NCBI GenBank assembly: GCA_040879625.1
Contig: JBBDJZ010000020.1
Coordinates: 1 to 32,813, forward strand
Direction of reading: 5' to 3'
Origin: Minisyncoccota bacterium
GTDB taxonomy: Bacteria; Patescibacteriota; Minisyncoccia; Phycocordibacterales; JAXHMZ01
Length of the DNA: 32,813 nucleotides
Shown here: piece after piece, positions 17,347-24,156 of the stretch
Layout: each line of letters opens with the position of its first letter
Position numbering within the stretch: position 1 is the first letter of the stretch
The notes under the pieces: generated by a model
What the model saw: the letters and a program-made list of their open reading frames with translations, nothing else
Database searches by the model: none
Told to the model about the DNA's origin: nothing
Program-made: the position numbers and the translations under genes

Positions 17347-19266
17347 ATGAATAATGAAGAGACACACACTGGACAGATAAGCACCAATAGTAAGGGTTTT
17401 GGGTTTTTTAGAAGTCCAGAACTTGAAAATGATATTTTTATTAGTCCCTCCGACCTCAACCAGGCCCTTAACGGCGACACAGTGACGATTAAAATAACCG
17501 GAAAGACTGATGAGGGTCCGTTTGGTGTCGTCACCGACATTATACGCCGCGCCCGAACAAAATACGTAGGAGTGGTTGATAGTCAATCAAGTGCATGTTT
17601 TGTGATGCTCGATGATAAAAAGGCATACGCTGACTTCTATATTCCTCAGAATGAACAGAAAAATGCACAGCACGGTGATAAGGTGGTCCTTGAACTCATA
17701 GAGTGGAAAAAGGAATCAAAGAACCCTATGGGCAAAATTGTCGAAATTCTTGGTAAAAAAGGAGATAACGACGCTGAGATGAGGGCTATTGTAATCGAGG
17801 GTGGTTTCGAAGGTGAATTCCCTCCTGAAGTAGAAGCAGAGGCAAGAAAGATAAAGGATGAACGCGGTGCTATTACTGAAAAGGATGTTGCTCTGCGAGA
17901 AGATTTCCGCAGAGTTACAACCCTTACGATAGACCCGGAAACTGCTAAAGATTTTGATGACGCGCTCTCACTTGCTGAAATATCTATAGGCGTCTATGAA
18001 GTTGGTGTGCACATCGCTGACGTGTCTCACTTTGTTGACTTTGGCTCAACGCTCGACAAAGAGGCGTATGAGCGTGGTTTTTCTGTCTATCTCGTAGACA
18101 GAACGATACCAATGCTACCTGAGATTCTATCAAACGATTTGTGTAGCTTAAACCCACATGAAGACAAGCATGCTTTTTCTGCAATTATCACCATAACAGA
18201 AGATGGTGAGGTTAAAGACAGAAGATTTACGAAATCTATTATCCACTCAGACAAACGTTTTTCCTATGAAGCGGCGCAAAAAACATTAAACGCCGGTTCG
18301 GGAGAGTATTTTAAAGAATTACAAACTCTTAATCAGATAGCAAAAAAACTTGTTGAAAAAAACCGAAAAGCTGGGTCTATAGAATTTGAAACAGACGAAG
18401 TTACGTTCGAGCTTGATGTACAGGGTCGTCCAGTAAGGATCGTGCGCAAAGAGCGACTCGATACGCACAAGCTTGTTGAAGAGTTTATGCTTCTAGCAAA
18501 TCGTGAGGTAGCCAAGCGCATGTCTACAGCTGTGGAAGATGACAAAGCGGATCTGTCCCTCTACCGCGTACACGACGTGCCACCCATCGAAAGAATTGAA
18601 AGTTATTCAACGCTTGTGAAAGCGCTTGGGCATACGTTACCCTTAACGGAAGAAGGTTCGGTAACCTCAAAAGACCTCGGAGCATTTCTTGCCACGCTGG
18701 ACGGAAAAGCAGAAGAAAGTCTTTTGAAAACGGCGGCTATTCGATCGATGTCAAAGGCGACCTATTCTACTCAGAACATAGGGCATTACGGGCTAGCGTT
18801 TGCGTACTATACTCACTTCACTTCTCCGATTCGCCGATATGCCGATCTCGTTATACATCGACTTTTATATAAAGTACTGAAAAGCGATACCATAACCTCA
18901 AAAGAGGCAGATTTTTATTTTGATATGATCCCTCACATAACCGAACGGGAATCTGCAGCTGTAGAAGCAGAACGAACCTCCGTTAAATATAAGCATGTTG
19001 AGTTTATGCTTACTCACGTGGGTGAGACATTCGAAGGTACGGTTACCGGTATCTCTGAGTGGGGTATTTATGTAGAAGAGAACGAAACAAAAGCTGAAGG
19101 AATGGTGAGTTTGCGCTCGCTTGATGATCACTTTACGTTTGAGCGCGAATCATACCGAGTCATAGGAGAAAAAACAAAAAAAGTATACCGACTAGGTGAT
19201 CCTGTTACCTTTAAGGTCGCACGCGCTGACTTAGATAAAAAACAGCTGGATTACGAAATTGTGTAA
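17347..19266 (+). CDS. rnr: Ribonuclease R (RNase II-family 3'-5' exoribonuclease)
   Basis: N-terminal cold-shock-like GQISTNSKGFGFF. RNB domain motifs DPETAKDFDDALS, HIADVSHFV, YLVDRTIPMLP and HYGLAFAYYTHFTSPIRRYADLVIHR. C-terminal S1 domain GTVTGISEWGIYVE. Confidence 0.9.
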   Translation: MNNEETHTGQISTNSKGFGFFRSPELENDIFISPSDLNQALNGDTVTIKITGKTDEGPFGVVTDIIRRARTKYVGVVDSQSSACFVMLDDKKAYADFYIPQNEQKNAQHGDKVVLELIEWKKESKNPMGKIVEILGKKGDNDAEMRAIVIEGGFEGEFPPEVEAEARKIKDERGAITEKDVALREDFRRVTTLTIDPETAKDFDDALSLAEISIGVYEVGVHIADVSHFVDFGSTLDKEAYERGFSVYLVDRTIPMLPEILSNDLCSLNPHEDKHAFSAIITITEDGEVKDRRFTKSIIHSDKRFSYEAAQKTLNAGSGEYFKELQTLNQIAKKLVEKNRKAGSIEFETDEVTFELDVQGRPVRIVRKERLDTHKLVEEFMLLANREVAKRMSTAVEDDKADLSLYRVHDVPPIERIESYSTLVKALGHTLPLTEEGSVTSKDLGAFLATLDGKAEESLLKTAAIRSMSKATYSTQNIGHYGLAFAYYTHFTSPIRRYADLVIHRLLYKVLKSDTITSKEADFYFDMIPHITERESAAVEAERTSVKYKHVEFMLTHVGETFEGTVTGISEWGIYVEENETKAEGMVSLRSLDDHFTFERESYRVIGEKTKKVYRLGDPVTFKVARADLDKKQLDYEIV

Positions 19267-19290
19267 CAAGACGGACATTTTCTAGACATC

Positions 19291-21501
19291 TTACTTTACA
19301 ATTTTTTCTGCCTCCTCCAAATCAATTGAGAGTAGCTCAGAGGTTGATGCGCTTCCCATCGTTACTCCATACAACATTCCTGCTCGTGACATTGTTTCCC
19401 TATTGTGTGTTATGAGTATGAGCTGTGAGTACTTTGAAAGTTCTTTTAGTGCATCGCCGTACCTGCGAGAATTCGCTTCATCTAGCGCAGCATCCGTTTC
19501 ATCAAGAATGAGAAAAGGTGGTGGATTTACTTGAGAAAGTGCAAAAATAAGAGCGGTTGAGACAAGCGTCTTTTCTCCACCAGAGAGCATTGCAACCGAC
19601 CTTAGTTTTTTGTGGGGCATCGAGAGCGTGACTTCAACCCCTCGCTCCACCTCATCACCCTCCTCGTCGTCAGGTTCAGTTTCCCCATCTCGCTTTTTTA
19701 GAGCAACAATGCGCAAGCCAGCACTACCCCCAGTAAACATCTGAGAAAAGAAGGTGGAAAAGAAGGTGCTAATCTGAGTAATTCCCTCTTTAAATTCAGC
19801 TTCAATTTTTAAGTGCAAGCTCTCTGCAATCCCAACGAGTTTTTCCGCAGTTAATTCAAGGTCTCTCATCTCAGTCTCGAGAAACTTTTCTCGCTCTTTG
19901 GCTGAAGTATACTCAGCCTCGATTTCGCGTGTGTTACCGACTTGCATACCTTCGATTCTCAGTTTTAAGCGTTCAACAGCGTGCTCACGTTCACGTAGAA
20001 CATCCCGGGTCACTTCTTCGGAGGAAAGCTCACGCGCATTTTTAATATCATCAGTGAACCGAGCTCCAGTGAGGACGACCACCTCTTCAAGCGAGCTATA
20101 CAAATATGCTTCGTTCTGTCTAAGCGTATCAATTTCTCTTTCAAGTCCCTTTTGTATAATTTCTAGTGAATGAAGCTCGAGCTCGTCTTTCTCTGCGTCA
20201 CTTTTCTCTTGTTGCTCCTTTTGAAACGTATCGGCATATGCCTTTTCTAATTCTTTTTTTCTGAGGAGAAGACGGTCTTCTTCGTCTATATTCTGAGTTA
20301 TTTGCTCGTAGAGCTTCTTCAGTTCAGCATGTATATTTTGTAGCTCAGAGTCGTGCTCGGTACGTACCTCATTTTCTTCTCGACTCCCCCCAACCTCAGT
20401 AAGAACAAGAGCCTCGGCAACCATTTCTTGAACCAGAGTTATGTCTTCTTCCGTCCGAATCTTCTGAAGAATCTCGCGAATTTGAATAAGGCGCAAAGGT
20501 GCGTCCGGGATGTGTTTCTTTGTCTCTCTCGGCGGGGTAAGATTTTCACTTAGAAGTTCAATTTTTGTTTCCAATCGTCCGACTTGACGCTCGAACTCAC
20601 TTTTTTCTTTTCTGAGACGATTCCATTCACGTGACACTGCTTCAATGTCAGTTTCTAAAGAAGCACGCAGAGTGCGATACTCTTCATCTATCGCGACTTC
20701 TTCTATTGCTTCTCCTTGTCGTTCTTTAATTGTCTGTATTGTTTCTGTCGTCTTTTTGTGTTCATGTTCTTTTTGAACAAGCTCTTTTGTACTAAAGGGT
20801 AGGTATAAACGGATATACTCCCGAGTTAACACCTCAAGTTCTCCAGAAAGTTCTTTTTTCTTTTGAATAAGCTTCATCTCACGTTCTAAATATCGAACAT
20901 GGGGGGCAAGTTCTCGTATAAGCGAGCGTATGGAGACGAGGTTTTCTTGTGTTTTGATAAGCTTTTTCAGAGCTTCGTTTTTTTTGTTTTGGTACTGCGT
21001 CAACCCGAGAGCTTCCTCAAGGTATTCCTTTCTTTCACGTGAGGTCATCGAAAGCATTTTGTCCGCTTCGCCTTGAGAAATAATATGATGCCCAGCAGAA
21101 CCTATCTTTGCCTCAGCAAGCATTTGAGTAATATCCTTTAATCGAGCTCGCGTTCCGTTTATGTAGTATTCGTTTGTTGCGTCTCTGTGAATAATTCGTT
21201 CAATCTGTATCTCATCAAAAGCTTCACGTATTTCACGTTGTGTATTATCAAAAACAAGCACGACACTTGCTCTGTTAACTCTCGACATACTTGACGAACC
21301 ATTAAATAAAAGATCTTCTGTCTTCTTGCTACGTAAGGATTTCATGGACTGTTCACCAAGTACAAATCTAAAGCCTTCAGCAATGTTAGATTTACCTGAC
21401 CCGTTAGGCCCCACAATTGCAGTAATGTGTTTTTCAAAATGAAGTCTTTCTTTTTTTGCAAAAGACTTAAATCCTTTAAGCTCAATGTACTTCAGTTTCA
21501 T
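19291..21501 (-). CDS. smc: SMC-family ATPase, unusually short (736 aa) with no recognisable hinge
   Basis: N-head MKLKYIELKGFKSF...GPNGSGKSNI (Walker A). C-head LSGGEKTLVSTALIFAL (signature), PPFLILDETDAALD (Walker B), ILITHN, and the SMC-typical YGVTM. The middle is heptad-like and charged throughout. Confidence 0.8.
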   Translation of the reverse strand: MKLKYIELKGFKSFAKKERLHFEKHITAIVGPNGSGKSNIAEGFRFVLGEQSMKSLRSKKTEDLLFNGSSSMSRVNRASVVLVFDNTQREIREAFDEIQIERIIHRDATNEYYINGTRARLKDITQMLAEAKIGSAGHHIISQGEADKMLSMTSRERKEYLEEALGLTQYQNKKNEALKKLIKTQENLVSIRSLIRELAPHVRYLEREMKLIQKKKELSGELEVLTREYIRLYLPFSTKELVQKEHEHKKTTETIQTIKERQGEAIEEVAIDEEYRTLRASLETDIEAVSREWNRLRKEKSEFERQVGRLETKIELLSENLTPPRETKKHIPDAPLRLIQIREILQKIRTEEDITLVQEMVAEALVLTEVGGSREENEVRTEHDSELQNIHAELKKLYEQITQNIDEEDRLLLRKKELEKAYADTFQKEQQEKSDAEKDELELHSLEIIQKGLEREIDTLRQNEAYLYSSLEEVVVLTGARFTDDIKNARELSSEEVTRDVLREREHAVERLKLRIEGMQVGNTREIEAEYTSAKEREKFLETEMRDLELTAEKLVGIAESLHLKIEAEFKEGITQISTFFSTFFSQMFTGGSAGLRIVALKKRDGETEPDDEEGDEVERGVEVTLSMPHKKLRSVAMLSGGEKTLVSTALIFALSQVNPPPFLILDETDAALDEANSRRYGDALKELSKYSQLILITHNRETMSRAGMLYGVTMGSASTSELLSIDLEEAEKIVK

Positions 21502-21515
21502 CCTATGTGCTGTGA

Positions 21516-22211
21516 TTACTCAACTAATCCCGCTGTATCGAGGGCTGCTCGTGCTGCGTTCTGCTCAGCGTCTTGTTTTGAAGCGCCAGAACCTTCACCA
21601 AAAAGTTTAGGTCCAACAAATACTCCCATGGTAAATGCTTTGTCATGGTCGGGGCCTGTTTCATTCAAAACTCGGTATTCAGGAGTTGTGTTATAAATTT
21701 CTTGAGCTTTTTCCTGAAAAAAACTCTTTGCATCTATCCACAGTTTGTCTTTTATAATGGGCTCAATTTTATAAAAAAGGTTGTTCTCTATAAATGTGCG
21801 CGCTGTTTCATAGCCCTGATCGGTGTACAGTGCACCCACAACAGCTTCGAAAGTATTAGCAAGTATATAACTTCGAGATCGTCCCGTACTTTTTGCCTCA
21901 CCCTTTGACAGAAGAAGAAAATCTTCCATACCAAGTTTCTTCGCAGCATCAGAAAGAGAATGGGTGTTTACAATAGCAGCCCTCACGGCAGTAAGTTCAC
22001 CCTCTGTCTTTTTTGGATACTTCTTATAAAGTTCATCGGTTACGACGAGCTCAAGAACGGCGTCTCCAAGAAACTCAAGTCGTTCGTTATGCCCAAAGCC
22101 AAGCTTTTTATTTTCGTTAACGTAGGAACGATGAACAAAAGCCTGCTGTAAAATGTCTCGATGCAGAAAGGTAAGCGCATTCTGCTGTTCAAATTCTTCA
22201 ATTTTTTTCAT
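21516..22211 (-). CDS. rnc: Ribonuclease III
   Basis: NERLEFLGDAVLELVV signature, with a C-terminal dsRBD (GPDHDKAFTMGV...GSGASKQDAEQNAARAAL). The listed ORF starts at GTG 22217; ATG 22211 (MKKIEEF) is preferred. Confidence 0.92.
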   Translation of the reverse strand: MKKIEEFEQQNALTFLHRDILQQAFVHRSYVNENKKLGFGHNERLEFLGDAVLELVVTDELYKKYPKKTEGELTAVRAAIVNTHSLSDAAKKLGMEDFLLLSKGEAKSTGRSRSYILANTFEAVVGALYTDQGYETARTFIENNLFYKIEPIIKDKLWIDAKSFFQEKAQEIYNTTPEYRVLNETGPDHDKAFTMGVFVGPKLFGEGSGASKQDAEQNAARAALDTAGLVE

Positions 22212-22232
22212 AACCACTAGACTTTAGACCTT

Positions 22233-23135
22233 TTATTCGCTGGAAACAAGTTTTTTGATTGCTTTGGTGACAATGGGAAGAGTATCGTTATAAAAATTAA
22301 GATCGAGGATATTTTTAAGTTCAAACCACTTACAATCGTCAAGCCCGCCCTCTACGTCAAGCTGTAGTTCATCAAAAGTAGACCTTGCAAGGAAATACGA
22401 TACCTTTTTACGAATCTTACCAAGTTCTGGATCAGAGGCGACATACTCATTTTCCCCAAGAGACTCTTCGAGTACCACATCGAGGCCAAGCTCCTCTTTT
22501 ATAACACGCACCACTCCGAGTTTTTCAGACTCTCCGTCGCGCACGTGACCCTTAGACAACGTCCAGTGTCCAAATACGTCATGCACAAAAGCGAGATAGT
22601 AGGTACCGTTATGCTTAGCATAGACGACAGCACCGCAGAGTCGCTTAACCGGCATCTCTTCATACGTTCTGTTAAATTTGCTTTTTTTCTTTGTGCTTTT
22701 GTCGTTCTTACCAGGCTCACCCATTTCCTTATATACAGCGCCAAGTACACCATTTATGAAGCGACCACTTGAATCACCACCAAATGATTTCGCAAGTTCT
22801 ATTGACTCATTAATAGCCACTTTTGGTGGTACCTCCTCCCTACTAGAAAAGAGAAGTTCATATAAGCCCAACCGAAGGATGTTTCGGTCAACTGTTGAAA
22901 TTTTATCAAGGGGCCAGTCGGGAGCAGCCTCAACAATAATTGCATCAAGTTTTTCTCGTTTTTCTATGATGCCATGAAGAAGATTAGCCATAAAAGAGAA
23001 ATCCCCCGTATTCGGAGCGAACTCGCGGGCGTTTTCTTCTAGGATTGTAGAAACTGATTCTTCAGGCGCACCGATAAAATCCCACTGAAAAAGTGTTTGT
23101 AGAACAATTGATCGTGATAGGTGACGATTCGCCAT
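22233..23135 (-). CDS. nusB: NusB antitermination factor fused to a C-terminal Nudix hydrolase domain
   Basis: Res 1-~138 are NusB-like (SRSIVLQTLFQWDF, DRNILRLGLYELLF, VAINESIELAK, RFINGVLGAV). A Lys-rich linker follows, then res ~165-300 form a Nudix fold with the box GHVRDGESEKLGVVRVIKEELGL (nt 22482-22550). Confidence 0.85.
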   Translation of the reverse strand: MANRHLSRSIVLQTLFQWDFIGAPEESVSTILEENAREFAPNTGDFSFMANLLHGIIEKREKLDAIIVEAAPDWPLDKISTVDRNILRLGLYELLFSSREEVPPKVAINESIELAKSFGGDSSGRFINGVLGAVYKEMGEPGKNDKSTKKKSKFNRTYEEMPVKRLCGAVVYAKHNGTYYLAFVHDVFGHWTLSKGHVRDGESEKLGVVRVIKEELGLDVVLEESLGENEYVASDPELGKIRKKVSYFLARSTFDELQLDVEGGLDDCKWFELKNILDLNFYNDTLPIVTKAIKKLVSSE

Positions 23136-23185
23136 TTAAAGGTGCGGTACTAATTTAGTAGCTTTATAGTAGTGTACATCAGTTT

Positions 23186-23219
23186 TAAAAAAGAACCAAG
23201 GGTGTTTTACTTTGGTTCT
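23186..23219 (-). terminator. Intrinsic terminator of rpmF
   Basis: The minus strand reads AGAACCAA-(12-nt loop AGTAAAACACCC)-TTGGTTCT followed by TTTTTT. The 5' stem arm overlaps the last rpmF codons and stop. Confidence 0.6.
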
Positions 23220-23449
23220 TTCTTTGATTGCTTTTTTTCACGTGACGTTTTTTCACGTACTGCTGACTGAGCTTGTACTGTTGGATCAAAAATCTTTTTT
23301 CCTCGGTAGATGCCCGTTTTCATATCAACTCGGTGTCGCAAGTGAAAGCTATTAGTAGTGGTATCTCGTGAAATACGTGGACCCTTAAGAGCGTGGTGGC
23401 TCCTTCGGTTTCCCGTATGACCTTTTGTGTGGCGCATTCGTACAGACAT
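23207..23449 (-). CDS. rpmF: 50S ribosomal protein L32 (Cys-less form, basic C-terminal extension)
   Basis: MSVRMRHTKGHTGNRRSHHAL matches the L32 N-terminal pattern (basic run ending in RRAH.AL). ATG 23449 is preferred over the listed ATG 23479. No zinc-ribbon cysteines are present. Confidence 0.75.
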   Translation of the reverse strand: MSVRMRHTKGHTGNRRSHHALKGPRISRDTTTNSFHLRHRVDMKTGIYRGKKIFDPTVQAQSAVREKTSREKKQSKKEPK

Positions 23450-23459
23450 AGTGAGTATG

Positions 23460-23487
23460 ATTATACATAGTTCACACATTTATTCAA
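23460..23487 (-). promoter_or_regulatory. Candidate rpmF promoter overlapping the rnhB stop codon
   Basis: The minus strand reads TTGAAT (23482-23487), a 16-nt spacer, then TATAAT (23460-23465, preceded by TG), then 10 nt and the ATG. Confidence 0.5.
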
Positions 23488-24092
23488 GTGTCTTTGTTGT
23501 TTTCATTGAAAATGAGCACTTTTTTCAAAAAAGAGCGCCGATGAATAGCGCACAGTCCATGCCTTCGAATGGCATCATAATGATAGAGCGTGCCATACCC
23601 TTTATTGTTTTCAAATTTGTACTCTGGCCACTTTTTTGCATAGACACCCATTCTTTTGTCTCGAGAAACCTTTGCAACAATTGAGGCAAGAGCGATTGAC
23701 CTTTCTGATTCGTCTCCCTTTATAAGCGTTGTCTGATTTAGATATGTAGAAGGAGCTTTAAGCGAACCGTCGAGGAGTATGGTGTCAGTTTCTCCTAGTT
23801 TAAGTTTCTCCAGTGCATTTTTTGTTGCGGTGCAAAGCGCTTTTGACATACCGAAACTATCAATTCTCCTAGGTGAGACATACGAAAGAGCGTAAGCCAC
23901 ACTTCCCCATTTTGCTTCTTCTTGTAAGATACAAAAAAGCCGCATGCGTTCTTTTTCGGTCAGTTTTTTAGAGTCTCGAACAGTAGCATTAGAATAGAAC
24001 TGACTCTTTGGTGTTAGTTTTAAAGCGCACACACAAAGCGGTCCCGCAAGAGGGCCGCGTCCAACCTCATCAACACCCACTACAGAGTTCAT
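23484..24092 (-). CDS. rnhB: Ribonuclease HII
   Basis: VVGVDEVGRGPLAGPL (catalytic DE motif), LDGS, ASIVAKVSRD, KGYGT. Confidence 0.92.
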   Translation of the reverse strand: MNSVVGVDEVGRGPLAGPLCVCALKLTPKSQFYSNATVRDSKKLTEKERMRLFCILQEEAKWGSVAYALSYVSPRRIDSFGMSKALCTATKNALEKLKLGETDTILLDGSLKAPSTYLNQTTLIKGDESERSIALASIVAKVSRDKRMGVYAKKWPEYKFENNKGYGTLYHYDAIRRHGLCAIHRRSFLKKVLIFNENNKDT

Positions 24093-24098
24093 CTAAAA

Positions 24099-24106
24099 AG
24101 TATACT
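24099..24106. promoter_or_regulatory. Palindromic AGTATACT giving a TATACT -10 box on both strands of the rnhB/dnaE divergent spacer
   Basis: The minus strand reads TATACT-TTTTAG(6 nt)-ATG of rnhB. On the plus strand TATACT lies at 24101-24106, upstream of dnaE. Confidence 0.4.
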
Positions 24107-24140
24107 AGATGTTGGCTTTTTGGCTGTGGAAAACTACAGA

Positions 24141-24149
24141 TGGTATACT
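24141..24149 (+). promoter_or_regulatory. Extended -10 element TGGTATACT, 7 nt upstream of the dnaE ATG (leaderless-type)
   Basis: TGGTATACT-GTGTGCA-ATG(24157). This is the identical 9-mer seen at the rpoB and helicase promoters. No good -35 is present. Confidence 0.5.
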
Positions 24150-24156
24150 GTGTGCA

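Noticed and set aside
19182-19190. CGGTATACT (minus strand) inside the 3' end of rnr as an antisense promoter
   Set aside because: It lacks the TG of the extended -10 motif, lies within coding sequence, and has no downstream minus-strand gene. It cannot be distinguished from chance without 5'-end data.
24109-24156. Upstream ATG extensions proposed by the ORF track: dnaE at 24109, rpsP at 17298, rpmF at 23479, plus non-ATG starts at 1846 (TTG), 8627 (TTG) and 22217 (GTG)
   Set aside because: The conserved family N-termini ([55 protein letters not shown]) begin at downstream ATGs. The extensions would add non-conserved hydrophobic or odd peptides, and several overlap predicted -10 boxes.
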